From assembly GCA_910583835.1 (NCBI GenBank), contig CAJTYM010000022.1, positions 26-64,025 on the forward strand: a stretch of 64,000 bases of DNA, given 5' to 3'. The position numbers and the translations under genes are program-made. This DNA comes from an uncultured Lachnospiraceae bacterium (GTDB lineage: Bacteria; Bacillota; Clostridia; Lachnospirales; Lachnospiraceae). This document shows, piece after piece, positions 37,381-48,015 of the stretch (the stretch's first letter is position 1; each line of letters opens with the position of its first letter). The notes under the pieces were generated by a model. It was not told the origin of the DNA. It searched no databases and saw only the letters and a program-made list of their open reading frames with translations.

Positions 37381-38331
37381 TTATTCCTCCTGCCCGCTCT
37401 CCTCTTCCTTGGAAAACAGCGCATTGACAAATTGTTCCGCATCAAATTTCTGTAAATCGTCTATCGTCTCGCCCACACCGATATATTTCACCGGGATGCC
37501 CAGTTCCGACTGGATTGCCACAGCAATTCCCCCTTTGGCTGTGCCGTCCATTTTTGTCAGGATAATGCCGGTAATGTCTGCTACCTCAGAAAACTGTTTC
37601 GCCTGGGCAAGCGCATTCTGGCCAGTAGTTCCGTCCAGCACTACCAATGTCTCCCGAAATGCATCTTGATATTCTTTTTCCAGGATACGGTGGATTTTCT
37701 TTAATTCTTCCATGAGATTCTTCTTGTTGTGGAGACGCCCCGCCGTATCGCAGAGCAGCACATCCGCGTCCCTCGCTTTGGCGGCTGCCACCGCATCATA
37801 GACAACCGAGGCCGGGTCTGCGCCCTCCTGCCCGCCTATCATCTCCACACCGGCGCGGTTTGCCCACTCGCTGAGCTGTTCTCCTGCCGCTGCACGGAAA
37901 GTATCCGCTGCCGCCAGCACGACTTTCTTTCCCTGGTCCTTGAGCTTGCCGGCAAGCTTGCCCACCGAGGTCGTCTTGCCTACGCCGTTGACGCCAATCA
38001 CCAGCACCACCGACTTCTCCTGCTCAAAGCGGTACGCCGTCTCGCCCACGTCCATCTGCTCCTTGATGCTGGAAATCAGCAATTCCTTGCACTGCGTGGG
38101 CTCTTTGATGTGTTCTTCTTTGACTTTCTTCTTCAGATTCTCAATGATTTCCGTGGTCGCATGGACGCCCAAGTCCCCCATGATGAGGATTTCTTCAATC
38201 TCCTCATAAAAATCATCATCTATGCTGGAAAACCCGCTGAATATGGAATCTATTCCAGATACAATATTATCCCTCGTCTTGGTCAGTCCCTGTACCAGGC
38301 GTTTAAAAAACCCCTTTTTTTCCTCTGCCAT
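37381..38331 (-). CDS. ftsY: SRP docking protein FtsY
   Basis: GVNGVGKTT, DTFRAAA, DTAGR and TKMDGTAKGG. Confidence 0.97.
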   Translation of the reverse strand: MAEEKKGFFKRLVQGLTKTRDNIVSGIDSIFSGFSSIDDDFYEEIEEILIMGDLGVHATTEIIENLKKKVKEEHIKEPTQCKELLISSIKEQMDVGETAYRFEQEKSVVLVIGVNGVGKTTSVGKLAGKLKDQGKKVVLAAADTFRAAAGEQLSEWANRAGVEMIGGQEGADPASVVYDAVAAAKARDADVLLCDTAGRLHNKKNLMEELKKIHRILEKEYQDAFRETLVVLDGTTGQNALAQAKQFSEVADITGIILTKMDGTAKGGIAVAIQSELGIPVKYIGVGETIDDLQKFDAEQFVNALFSKEEESGQEE

Positions 38332-38411
38332 ATTACCATTCCTTTCTTTTGCTGTACTGATATCTTGTCTCATCAATGGCGTAATTTTATCAAATATCAA
38401 CGAGACAGACA

Positions 38412-41400
38412 CTAGGCATCCAAGTCCTCCTCGATTAAATTCACGGATACCAATGTGGACACGCCCTTTTCCTGCATGGTGATTCCATAGAGGCGGTCCG
38501 CTGCCGCCATTGTTCCCCTTCTGTGCGTAATCACGATAAACTGGGTATTCTTCGTCAGCTTATGTAAATATTTGGCAAAGCGCCCTACATTGGAGTCGTC
38601 CAGCGCCGCCTCAATCTCATCCAAGAGGCAGAACGGCGATGGCTTAAGATTCTGGATGGCAAACAGCAGGGAAATGGCTGTCAATGCTTTCTCTCCGCCG
38701 GACATCTGCATCATGTTCTGCAGTTTCTTTCCCGGAGGCTGGGCGCTGATGCGGATACCGCATTCCAAAATATCCTCATCTTCCACGAGTTCCAAGGTCC
38801 CCTTGCCGCCACCGAACAGTTCTTTGAATACTTTATTGAACTCCGTCTGGATTTCTGCAAATTTCTCTAAAAACTGCTTGCGCATCCCCGCATCCAATTC
38901 CTCAATAATGCCGAGCAGTGACTGCTCTGCCTCCACCAGATCATCATGCTGGGTCTTCATAAACACATAACGCTCAGACAGGCTCTTGTAATCCTCAATG
39001 GCATTGACATTGACATCCCCCAGTTTGCGGATTTCATCTTTGATGTCTGCAATCAATTTCTTCAATTCCGCAGGATTGTCAAACTCGTCGCTGCGCAAAT
39101 CCATGGCATTGTGCAAGGTCAGCTCATATTCCTCCCACATATAATTGCTCTGGTTTTCCGCTGATTCCTGCAGTTTATCTTTCTGGCTGTTCAGACGGTA
39201 CAATTCCTTGTCCAAATCATTGATGCGTTTGGACAGTTCCTCCTGTTTCTGGAAAAAGCCGCGGTAGGACTGGGACATCAGTTCCCGCTGCTTCTGTCCT
39301 TCCTCCAATTTCTGCTCCAACTCAACGTGCGCCGTATCGGAAGCCTCTATCGTCTCACGGATTTTATCAATATCCTGCTGTTTTTTCTTGATGTCTGCCT
39401 GTGAATTGTCCTTTTCCTGTTTTGCCGTCTGCAGGTCTGATTCTAATTTCTCCAATTCTCCCTCAATGCGGGAAATATTTTCTTGCAGAAACCGCACCTT
39501 CTGCAGGAGATTCGCCTCCTCCAGCTGTACCTGGGAAACAGATTGCTGGCTCTCCTCGGCAAGGCGGCTCTGCCTGTCTAAGATTTCCTGCAGGTTTCTG
39601 TTTTCCTCTTCGATTTCTTTCTCCCGCTGGTCTGCCGCCTGGATTTCCTGCTGGATCATGCTGCGGTTTTCGCTGATTTCTCCCAGCTGGTATTCAATCT
39701 GCCGGCTCTCGGTCTGCAAGTCCGTGTACTGGCTGTCATTCTCTTCTTTCTGTTCCCTGGCACGGTCTAAATTCATCTTCTCAGTATTCTGCAGAAGCAT
39801 TGCTTCCTGCAAGTCTTCACGAATCTGCAGCCTGTCCTCCTTTAACAGTTCACGCGCCGTCTGAATTTCTTCCAGTCGTTCCCTATGCTTTTTGAGGGCT
39901 GCTGCAAGTTCTTCTGTCTGCTTCTGCAAATCCTCAATCTCACGTTTCCTGCCGAGGAGGTTGCTGGTATTCTTAAACGCACCTCCGGTCATGGAACCGC
40001 CAGGATTCAGGGATTCGCCCTCCAGTGTCACAATCCTTAAGCTATATTGGTATTTCCTTGCAAGGGCAATGGCATGGTCGATGGTATCTACCACATAAGT
40101 CCTTCCCAAAAGGTAGGTCTTTAATTCCCGGAAACGGTCATCGGCATGCACCAGCTCGCTGCCAATGCCAATCACCCCCGGCTCCTTCAATGCCGCCTGG
40201 TTTACCTGAGGCGCCTTCTTGCCCACGCTGGTCAGCGGCAGGAAGGTTGCACGCCCATAACGGTTCTTTTTCAGGTATTCAATCATTTTCTTTGCCGTTG
40301 CCTCGTCAGTGGTAACAATATTCTGGATACTGCCGCCCAACGCCGTCTCAACGGCAACCTCATATTTTTTATCGACCTGGATTAAGTCAGCCACAACCCC
40401 CAAAATCCCTGGCTCCTGGTCTTTCCTCTCCATGACCCGGCGGATGGAATTGCCATAGCCGTCATAGCGTTCCGCTATATTGATTAAAGATTCCAGCCTG
40501 GACTTTTCCCGGTGGTAACGCGCCGTGTCCTGCTCCAGTTCCTGGGCAGCCTGGGTCTGTTTGGACTGCCATTGCTGATTTTTCTGTTCCAGCTCCTGCT
40601 CCTGTTTCAGAAGGTCCAGATAATGCCCTTTGGCTTCCTCGTACTTGCGCTCGCATTCCTCCACCATCAGGCTCAGGCTTTCCTCTTCGCTCTTCTGCTC
40701 TATCAGCCGCTTGCTCAGCTGTGCCTTGCGGATATTCACCTGCTCCTGCATGGTGTCATAGCGCTGCTGCCTGGCTTTGGTAGATGCCTTGTTATTCAAA
40801 AGCTCTATCATCTCATTCTTGCCGCTTTCGATTCCACGGCTGCAGCGGGCAATTTCTTCCTGGATTTCCTGGTACTGCGCCATCGCCTGGATCTTCTGTT
40901 CGCCTACAGAACTTAACTGCCGCTTGAACTGCCCCATCTCCTTGGCAAAATCTGCTTTCTGCCCGAGACGCTCCGTCTTATCCCTGTCAATCTCCTGCTG
41001 GCGCACCTTAAAATGCTCTTCACTCTGCTCGGCAGCATGAATCTGCTCAAGCAGGACATTAACCTGTCCTTCCAGCTTCCCTTTGAGGACAGTGGTATTG
41101 CCCAATTCTTCCCGCAGCGCTGCAAGGTCTGCATCGGCTTGCTCTATATCGCGCTCCGTCTGCTCATACTCCGCTTTGATATTGTCATACGATTTGTTGG
41201 TATCCTGCAAATCCTGGCCTACAATTTGAATCTTGCCCTGCAGCTCTTCCGACTGCCGGCTTATGCGCTCCATATCCATCAGAAACATGTTGACATCGTA
41301 GGTTTTTAATTCTTCTTTCTTCTTAAGATAAGCTTTCGCCTTCTCCGCCTGTTTCTCCAGCGGCCCTACCTGTTTTTCCAGTTCCGAAAGGATATCGTTG

Positions 41401-41972
41401 ACGCGCAGGAGGTTCTGCCTTTCATCTTCCAGTTTCTTCTGCGCCGTTGCTTTGCGCCGTTTATATTTGACAATGCCTGCCGCTTCATCAAATAATTCCC
41501 GGCGTTCTTCCGGTTTGCCGCTGAGGATACGCTCAATCTGTCCCTGTCCGATGATGGAATAGCCTTCCTTGCCAATCCCGGTGTCATAGAACAGCTCATT
41601 TACGTCTTTCAGTCGGCAGGCCGTGCCGTTGATAAGGTATTCGCTCTCCCCGGAACGGTAAACGCGCCGTGCCACCGTGACTTCGTTATAGTCCACGTTC
41701 AGCTGCCTGTCGCTGTTATCTAAAGTAATTGCCACATATGCGTAGCTGAGAGGCTTGCGGTTCTCTGTCCCGGAAAAAATGACATCCTGCATACTCGAAC
41801 CGCGCAGCTGCTTGACGCGCTGTTCGCCCAATACCCAACGCACGGCATCCGCCACGTTGCTCTTTCCACTTCCATTCGGACCCACAATTCCGGTAATTCC
41901 ATTATGGAATTCAAAGAGTATCTTGTTAGCAAAAGATTTGAACCCATGGACTTCTATGCTTTTTAAATACAT
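38412..41972 (-). CDS. smc: Chromosome segregation protein SMC
   Basis: GPNGSGKSN, coiled coils, hinge region, MSGGEK and LDEIEAALD. Confidence 0.98.
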   Translation of the reverse strand: MYLKSIEVHGFKSFANKILFEFHNGITGIVGPNGSGKSNVADAVRWVLGEQRVKQLRGSSMQDVIFSGTENRKPLSYAYVAITLDNSDRQLNVDYNEVTVARRVYRSGESEYLINGTACRLKDVNELFYDTGIGKEGYSIIGQGQIERILSGKPEERRELFDEAAGIVKYKRRKATAQKKLEDERQNLLRVNDILSELEKQVGPLEKQAEKAKAYLKKKEELKTYDVNMFLMDMERISRQSEELQGKIQIVGQDLQDTNKSYDNIKAEYEQTERDIEQADADLAALREELGNTTVLKGKLEGQVNVLLEQIHAAEQSEEHFKVRQQEIDRDKTERLGQKADFAKEMGQFKRQLSSVGEQKIQAMAQYQEIQEEIARCSRGIESGKNEMIELLNNKASTKARQQRYDTMQEQVNIRKAQLSKRLIEQKSEEESLSLMVEECERKYEEAKGHYLDLLKQEQELEQKNQQWQSKQTQAAQELEQDTARYHREKSRLESLINIAERYDGYGNSIRRVMERKDQEPGILGVVADLIQVDKKYEVAVETALGGSIQNIVTTDEATAKKMIEYLKKNRYGRATFLPLTSVGKKAPQVNQAALKEPGVIGIGSELVHADDRFRELKTYLLGRTYVVDTIDHAIALARKYQYSLRIVTLEGESLNPGGSMTGGAFKNTSNLLGRKREIEDLQKQTEELAAALKKHRERLEEIQTARELLKEDRLQIREDLQEAMLLQNTEKMNLDRAREQKEENDSQYTDLQTESRQIEYQLGEISENRSMIQQEIQAADQREKEIEEENRNLQEILDRQSRLAEESQQSVSQVQLEEANLLQKVRFLQENISRIEGELEKLESDLQTAKQEKDNSQADIKKKQQDIDKIRETIEASDTAHVELEQKLEEGQKQRELMSQSYRGFFQKQEELSKRINDLDKELYRLNSQKDKLQESAENQSNYMWEEYELTLHNAMDLRSDEFDNPAELKKLIADIKDEIRKLGDVNVNAIEDYKSLSERYVFMKTQHDDLVEAEQSLLGIIEELDAGMRKQFLEKFAEIQTEFNKVFKELFGGGKGTLELVEDEDILECGIRISAQPPGKKLQNMMQMSGGEKALTAISLLFAIQNLKPSPFCLLDEIEAALDDSNVGRFAKYLHKLTKNTQFIVITHRRGTMAAADRLYGITMQEKGVSTLVSVNLIEEDLDA

Positions 41973-42679
41973 GCGTTTCCTCCATTACACGGAACTCCCT
42001 GCCGCCTTAACTGCAGCAGTGTCTGGTATGCCGCCTCCTGTTCTGCGGTTTTCTTGTTCCTTCCCTTTCCCTGCCCATAGGCGGTATCTCCAATCCGCGC
42101 TTCCATCACAAACCGCTTATTATGGTCGGGGCCTTCCTCTCGGACCAGATGATAGTGCAGTTCTTCACTGAAATTTCCCTGTACAAGTTCCTGCAGGATA
42201 GTCTTGCTATCAAAAAAGAGCTGCTTGTGCTCAAGGTCATTCAGCACAAACCGTAAAATAAACTCTTTTGCACTAGCAAAACCACCGTCCAGATAAATCG
42301 CCCCAATCAATGCCTCCAGCGCATCTGCTAAAATGGAATCACGCTTCCTGCCGCCAGTCAGCTCCTCCCCTTTGCCCAGCAGAAGATATTGCCCCAAGGC
42401 AATCTCCCTGGTGCAGAAGGACAGCGCGGGCTCACAGACGATGCTGGCGCGCAGCCTGGTCAGTTCCCCTTCCGGGCGCTCAGGATATTCATGGAATAAA
42501 AAATCACTGGAAACAACCTCCAGCACGGCATCTCCCAAAAATTCCAGCCGTTCATTGTCCGCCGGCCTGTTCAGATGGCGTTCATTGGCATAAGAGCTGT
42601 GTGTCAAGGCCTGGGTCAGTAATACTTTATTGCGGAACCGGTAACCAATCTTCTCTTCAATTTCATTCTGTATGTTCAT
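41963..42679 (-). CDS. rnc: Ribonuclease III
   Basis: NERLEFLGDAVL signature plus dsRBD. Confidence 0.97.
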   Translation of the reverse strand: MNIQNEIEEKIGYRFRNKVLLTQALTHSSYANERHLNRPADNERLEFLGDAVLEVVSSDFLFHEYPERPEGELTRLRASIVCEPALSFCTREIALGQYLLLGKGEELTGGRKRDSILADALEALIGAIYLDGGFASAKEFILRFVLNDLEHKQLFFDSKTILQELVQGNFSEELHYHLVREEGPDHNKRFVMEARIGDTAYGQGKGRNKKTAEQEAAYQTLLQLRRQGVPCNGGNACI

Positions 42680-42774
42680 AAATTATTCCTTTCCGGCAAA
42701 TAAGGATAGCCCGGGAGAAATCTTTGATGATTTCTTCCAGGCAGCATCTTCCCTTATCAGTGTAAGCAATTTCA

Positions 42775-43005
42775 TTAATTCAATGCATCCTTAATCTGTT
42801 CAACGGCATCTCCTACCGTCACAATCTTCTCTGCTTCCTCGTTGGCAATCTCAATATCGAACTCTTCTTCCAACCCCATGATAATCTGAAAAATATCCAA
42901 AGAATCTGCTCCCAGATCATCTACGAAAGTAGTATCCATTGTTATCTCTTCTGCATCGACATTCAATACTTCTGAAATGATTTTCTTAATCTTTTCAAAT
43001 TCCAT
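42775..43005 (-). CDS. acpP: Acyl carrier protein
   Basis: DLGADSLD phosphopantetheine site. Confidence 0.96.
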   Translation of the reverse strand: MEFEKIKKIISEVLNVDAEEITMDTTFVDDLGADSLDIFQIIMGLEEEFDIEIANEEAEKIVTVGDAVEQIKDALN

Positions 43006-44011
43006 GACTTCCTCCAATATTCCTTTTGATTTTCTCGTTAATTTCCTGTTCCTTGAAAGTAACGCACTGAATAATAGAGTTCGTTACTTCCTTTGCTTTA
43101 GAACTCCCATGGGTCTTGACAACCAGACCATTCAGCCCGAGAAGCGGTGCGCCGCCGTACTCGCTGGCATCGAATGACTTCATGGTCTTTTTCAATGCCG
43201 GCTTTACAAGCAATGCCCCTATCTTGCTTCGCAGCGTCTCCATCAGGCCCGCCTTTACCATGCTGAGCATAGTCGCACCTACGCCCTCATACAGCTTGAG
43301 GATGACGTTTCCCACAAATGCCTCGCAGACAATGACGTCTGCTTCGCCACTTGGGATATCCCGCGCCTCAATGCTTCCCACAAAATTGATGTCCGGGCAG
43401 TTCTTCAGAAGCGGGAAAGTCTCTTTTACCAACGCATTTCCCTTCTCCTCCTCAGCGCCGATATTGACGATGGCAACCTTGGGATTCTCAATGCCCAGTA
43501 CATTTTCCATGTAGATGGAACCCATTTTGGCAAACTGCACGAGATGTGAGGACCTGGCATCCACATTGGCTCCGCAGTCAACAAGCAAGGACACGCCTTT
43601 CTTCGTGGGAATCAGCGGCGCCAGCGGCGGACGCTCCACACCTTTAATCCTGCCAACGATAACTTGTCCTCCCACCAATATGGCGCCGGAACTTCCTGCT
43701 GAAACGATAGCATCCGCTTTCTTCTCCTTTACCATATTCATGCCAATTACGATAGATGACTGCTTCTTCTTACGGATAGCCAATACTGGAGGCTCTGCCG
43801 TCTCAATCACCTCCGGGGCATGGATTACCTCAATCTGGCTTCCCTGATAAGAATGCTTTGCCAGTTCTTCCTTGACAATCTCCTCCCTGCCAATCAGGAA
43901 TACCTTAATATCCTGCCGCAATTTCACGGCATCTACCGCCCCTTTCACTATCTCCGCCGGCGCATGGTCTCCGCCCATGGCATCGACTGCCACTTTTATC
44001 ATTTCCTCCAT
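42995..44011 (-). CDS. plsX: Phosphate acyltransferase PlsX
   Basis: [15 protein letters not shown] and GGAPLLG. Confidence 0.96.
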   Translation of the reverse strand: MEEMIKVAVDAMGGDHAPAEIVKGAVDAVKLRQDIKVFLIGREEIVKEELAKHSYQGSQIEVIHAPEVIETAEPPVLAIRKKKQSSIVIGMNMVKEKKADAIVSAGSSGAILVGGQVIVGRIKGVERPPLAPLIPTKKGVSLLVDCGANVDARSSHLVQFAKMGSIYMENVLGIENPKVAIVNIGAEEEKGNALVKETFPLLKNCPDINFVGSIEARDIPSGEADVIVCEAFVGNVILKLYEGVGATMLSMVKAGLMETLRSKIGALLVKPALKKTMKSFDASEYGGAPLLGLNGLVVKTHGSSKAKEVTNSIIQCVTFKEQEINEKIKRNIGGSHGI

Positions 44012-44133
44012 GAAACTTCCTCCTTACGGCGCAAAAGAATAAGGTGGGCAAGCCCGCATCAGTTCCCCTTCCACCTCAATCTCGAAAGGCTTGGGTTCTT
44101 CTGATTTCCTTATTTTGCTAATGCCTCCCTAAG

Positions 44134-44162
44134 AATATACTATAAGTAATCAGAGAAGTCAA
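44134..44162 (-). promoter_or_regulatory. Putative SigA promoter of the plsX operon
   Basis: TTGACT-17-TATATT on the minus strand. Confidence 0.5.
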
Positions 44163-44190
44163 CAACTCACTGCAAGGCTGAATGTTACTT

Positions 44191-44844
44191 CTATCTATCA
44201 AAGTCCTTGCGGTTCCTCTCATCTTCCAGCTTGCGCTCTTCTTCCGTCATATATTTGCGGAAAACCCATTCCAGGATAAAACTTTGAATCCAGCTGCAGA
44301 TTGCCGGGAGCATTACGACCAGGAACGGAAACAGATACATCACAAACCCCGTCCCTGCCGCTATCGCCATCATTAAAATGGTCATGGGAAAATGTATCAC
44401 AGGAAAGAGAACCGCATTTTTCATGGACTGCTTTCTCGTGTTCTCAAAGCGCGCCATATAGGGGAACAGATAGGAAACCCACACAAACCACGCAATGAGG
44501 CCTACGAGAAACACCACTCCTAACGCTGCCGGCATGCTTCCTGCCTTAGCATAAAAATTCATGATATACCCATCAACGCCCAATAGGACTGCCAACGCCA
44601 AAGCTATCAGCCACACTGGCGTTGTCTGTTTAAAATTGTCCCGAAAAGATTCTGTATAATCCCGGAACACATATCCCCTGTCATGGCGCAAAACCTTGTA
44701 CGCCGTATGGTACATGGCTGCCATCGCCGTGCCGATTGTAAAAATGGGGATACAGCTTACCAAAAATAACAGGCTAAGGCTGATACAGTCTGTAAATTTG
44801 GAAATAGACCTCATAACCCCGCCATCATAATTAAATAGTCTCAT
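44191..44844 (-). CDS. YesL/DUF624-family membrane protein
   Basis: CIPIFTIG.A..A.Y and SFRDNFKQ motifs; several TM segments. Confidence 0.82.
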   Translation of the reverse strand: MRLFNYDGGVMRSISKFTDCISLSLLFLVSCIPIFTIGTAMAAMYHTAYKVLRHDRGYVFRDYTESFRDNFKQTTPVWLIALALAVLLGVDGYIMNFYAKAGSMPAALGVVFLVGLIAWFVWVSYLFPYMARFENTRKQSMKNAVLFPVIHFPMTILMMAIAAGTGFVMYLFPFLVVMLPAICSWIQSFILEWVFRKYMTEEERKLEDERNRKDFDR

Positions 44845-44972
44845 ATTTTTCCTTTCTCTTGCATGAGTGCGCATATTATTTTCCATCTTATAGGAAAACC
44901 ACCCACGTTTCAACGGTATTACCCTTTTCCCACAAACTAATACATCACAAATATATTTATTATTACTTATTT

Positions 44973-45170
44973 TTATTTAACAAAATACTCTTTCAAAATA
45001 TCTTGAGTCCTTATGTACAAAAGTTCTGTTTCCTTAACTCGATAGCTAACATCTTTCCTAAAAGTAATTGATGATTCATACTGCTCATTAAATATATCTC
45101 TGTCTTCTTCTGTAAAATAACAATAAATAATTTTAACATTTTTAGAAGGCATATCACTAAATCGAAGCAT
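44973..45170 (-). pseudogene. Gene fragment in the AT-rich insert
   Basis: 65-aa ORF with no clear RBS in a low-GC segment. Confidence 0.35.
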
Positions 45171-45275
45171 TACATCTCTTATTATTTGTTAGTTCTCTCA
45201 TCTTCAAAAATTACTATTACTCCTTTTCATGTTATATCTTCTTTACTATTACACTGATTATCTCTCATCAACAGT

Positions 45276-46130
45276 TTAATTCTTCAACTGATTAACCTCC
45301 AATTTCGGCAAATTATTTAAGCTTACCATTTCCAATGTCTGTAACTGTTGTAATGCTAACTGCCTAAGCAATTCCATTCTTTCTTTTTGGTCTTTCCCTT
45401 GATTAATCAATACTGCATTATAACTTTCCAAATTTGCAAGCACTAATAATTGATTCAGTGTTGCCACATCTCGCATATTTCCTTTTACGGTTGAATTTTC
45501 GTCTTTCCATTGTTTCGCTGTTTTTCCAAACAAAACGACGTTCAACATATCTGCTTCATTAGCATAGGTATACGATACCTGTGCAGGCGTTAATTCTGGT
45601 GGAATCAAATTTTCTTTAATCGCATCTGTATGTATCCTGTAATTCAATTTAGAAATTTCTCTATTCAAATTCCAGTTTAAAGACAATCGACTGTTTTCAT
45701 CTGTTTTTAATCTTCTGTAATCCTTCATAATATATAACTGAAATTCCGGAGAAATCCAAGTTGCAAAAGACATCGCAATATCACTATGGGCATAAGTTCC
45801 GCCATAACGTCCTGCTTTTGAAACAATGCCAATAGCATTCGTAGCTTCTATCCACTTCTTTGGTGACATTGTAAATGCATTCGCTCCTGCCTGTTTTTTA
45901 AACCCCTCGAATTCGAGGGGTTTAAAATCTGTATTATGAAGTCTTTCCCATAATCCCAGAAATTCTATCACATCCCTGTTTCTCATCCAGTTTTGAATAA
46001 CCGCTGTTGGGTCATCACTTTTATATCGGGCTATATCCGTCAATGAAATAAATTCATTTTCAAAGTCCTGAGTATAAATACCAATATCTATCCCATTTGC
46101 ATGGATTGTATCCTTGATTATTTTCCCCAT
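45276..46130 (-). CDS. KilA-N domain DNA-binding protein
   Basis: ISLTDIA, NWMRN, GRYGGTYAH.DIA..FA.WISPEF. Confidence 0.88.
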   Translation of the reverse strand: MGKIIKDTIHANGIDIGIYTQDFENEFISLTDIARYKSDDPTAVIQNWMRNRDVIEFLGLWERLHNTDFKPLEFEGFKKQAGANAFTMSPKKWIEATNAIGIVSKAGRYGGTYAHSDIAMSFATWISPEFQLYIMKDYRRLKTDENSRLSLNWNLNREISKLNYRIHTDAIKENLIPPELTPAQVSYTYANEADMLNVVLFGKTAKQWKDENSTVKGNMRDVATLNQLLVLANLESYNAVLINQGKDQKERMELLRQLALQQLQTLEMVSLNNLPKLEVNQLKN

Positions 46131-46207
46131 TGCTCCTCCTTAAATAATAACACAAACTTTCTCAAGCATTGTTACTATTACTTCTCTTAGATATATTCTG
46201 CCAAATT

Positions 46208-46385
46208 GTCATTTATTTTCATCTTCCCACATCTTCCGATACGCTTCAATATAAAATTTGATGCACCTCGGATATACATATAAATATTTTCTACAGACAT
46301 CTTCAACCAACGGCAAATAAACCTCGTAGTTTTTTGGATGTATTTCAACTATCTGCTCTGCAATCTGATAAATCCTTTCATCCAT
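46208..46385 (-). pseudogene. Disrupted small hypothetical gene (MDERIYQIAEQIV...; ...KFYIEAYRKMWEDENK in a second frame)
   Basis: ATG overlaps the upstream stop (TAATG); frame shifts after VCRKYL. Confidence 0.5.
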
Positions 46386-46556
46386 TAAATTACCTCAAAA
46401 TATTTAAGTGCATCCGTTATCGCTTCTACCTTCTCTTTCGGTGGACGCTTCCTCGGATGTTTTAATTCTTCTACCGCATTAGGAGCATCATACATTGTTA
46501 AGCCTAAAGACCTTTTCACCTCTGCAATATACGCAGTATGTACTTTAAATCCATAA
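46385..46556 (-). pseudogene. 5'-truncated fragment YGFKVHTAYIAEVKRSLGL...EAITDALKYFEVI, resembling a C-terminal module seen on RlmD-like/RM genes of Clostridial mobile elements
   Basis: Manual translation; no start or RBS; begins just past the rpmF terminator. Confidence 0.55.
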
Positions 46557-46602
46557 AAGTACAATGGTTTCAGCGTAACAAGGTCTTTCCTGATAAGATA
46601 AC

Positions 46603-46627
46603 AAAAAACCTCTCCAGTGTGGAGAGG
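46603..46627 (-). terminator. rpmF terminator
   Basis: CCTCTCCA/TGGAGAGG stem plus T6 on the minus strand. Confidence 0.75.
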
Positions 46628-46636
46628 CTCTTTCGA

Positions 46637-46816
46637 CTAATCCTGAGGGATAATCTCTTTTTTGTTATAGCTTCCGCAGCTCTTGCAGACTCTATGAGGC
46701 ATCATCAGCTCCCCACATTTGCTACATTTCACTAAATTCGGAACAGACATTTTCCAGTTCGCTCTTCTCTTATCTCTTCTTGATTTGGAAGATTTATTTT
46801 TTGGACATATAGACAT
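46637..46816 (-). CDS. rpmF: 50S ribosomal protein L32 (zinc-binding form)
   Basis: PKNKSSKSRRDKRR...CSKCG...PHRVCKSCGSY. Confidence 0.97.
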   Translation of the reverse strand: MSICPKNKSSKSRRDKRRANWKMSVPNLVKCSKCGELMMPHRVCKSCGSYNKKEIIPQD

Positions 46817-46818
46817 GA

Positions 46819-47343
46819 TCACACCTCCTTAAATTGGTTAAAAATATCCTGGATTGCCGCCATTCTTGGATCCGGCTCTGTTTTCTGGCACTGGCATTCT
46901 GTCAAATTCAGATTGGCACCGCACCGTTTACAGATGCCTTGGCAATCCTCCCTGCACAGAACCTTCATTGGCCAACTCACCAAAATTTCTCCAAAAATAA
47001 GTTGATCTACATCCAGCTTTGTTCCTGTCATATAATTTGATTCCACCATGTCCCAATCTGTCTCATCATCACAGAGATTCAACTGTTTCTCAATCCTGAT
47101 GGGAAACACCCTGTCCACCTCTGTCAGGCAGCGGTCACATGGAATTGCAATTGTGACTTCCGTCTCCCCCCGGATAAGCAGCCGCTTATTGTTCTCGTTG
47201 GTAAACGTCAGTTCAAACGGTGCGTGCTTTACAATCGGAAACTGACCCAGTCTGGAATGAAAAGCCTTCAATTCAATTACTGCCTGTTTCGACATTTCCT
47301 TATCTTCACTGGAAATGATATCTGATAAGTCTATCTTCATCAC
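46819..47343 (-). CDS. YceD/DUF177 family protein
   Basis: CDRCL, LCREDCQGIC..CG.NLN and DPR; upstream of rpmF. Confidence 0.92.
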   Translation of the reverse strand: MMKIDLSDIISSEDKEMSKQAVIELKAFHSRLGQFPIVKHAPFELTFTNENNKRLLIRGETEVTIAIPCDRCLTEVDRVFPIRIEKQLNLCDDETDWDMVESNYMTGTKLDVDQLIFGEILVSWPMKVLCREDCQGICKRCGANLNLTECQCQKTEPDPRMAAIQDIFNQFKEV

Positions 47344-47366
47344 AGTCTCCTATCCACACTTGATAT

Positions 47367-47395
47367 ATTATACCCAGCAAAATACGGTTTGTCAA
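47367..47395 (-). promoter_or_regulatory. Consensus SigA promoter of yceD-rpmF
   Basis: TTGACA-17-TATAAT on the minus strand. Confidence 0.85.
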
Positions 47396-47403
47396 CCATT
47401 TCT

Positions 47404-48006
47404 TTACATTTTTATCTTCGCACGGATGCGCTGCAAAGCATTGTCAATCGCTTTGGGCTCCTTGTCCAGCTGCTCTGCAATCTGCCGGTAACTCAGTCCC
47501 TGCAGGTAAAGCTGCACAACCTGCTGCTCAAACCTGCTGAGTCCGTCCTTTAATTTCTCCCTGATTGCCCGGGCGTCTTCCCGCTGAATGAGAAGCTGTT
47601 CTGGATTTGAATTCTCAAAAGATTCCAGCACATCCAAAAAAGTCTCTTCCCCCTCCTGCCCCATCTGTGCATTCAGTGAAACATAGGTGTTCAGGGGTAA
47701 ATGCTTTTTTCTCTGGGAGGCCTCCACTGCATGGTAAATCTGCCGGGTAATGCACAAATCCGCGAAATGGTAAAAAGACGCGTCTTTGTCCACATTAAAA
47801 TCCCGGATTGCCTTAAACAGCCCAATCATCCCCTCCTGAATCAGATCGTCCGTGTCCCCCCCTATGAGGAACATGGCATTTGCCCGCTTGCGCACCAGGT
47901 TCTTGTATTTGTCCATAATGTAATCGGTAATCTCCCTCTGCCCGCTGCGCAGCTGCTCAATCAATATTTCATCCGTCTGATTCGCAAAATCTATCTCTTT
48001 TAGCAC
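47404..48006 (-). CDS. sigH: RNA polymerase sigma factor SigH
   Basis: DLIQEGMIGLFKAIRDF, RKKHLPLNTYVS and IDNALQR; conserved locus after rlmB. Confidence 0.92.
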   Translation of the reverse strand: MLKEIDFANQTDEILIEQLRSGQREITDYIMDKYKNLVRKRANAMFLIGGDTDDLIQEGMIGLFKAIRDFNVDKDASFYHFADLCITRQIYHAVEASQRKKHLPLNTYVSLNAQMGQEGEETFLDVLESFENSNPEQLLIQREDARAIREKLKDGLSRFEQQVVQLYLQGLSYRQIAEQLDKEPKAIDNALQRIRAKIKM

Positions 48007-48015
48007 TTCTTCCCC

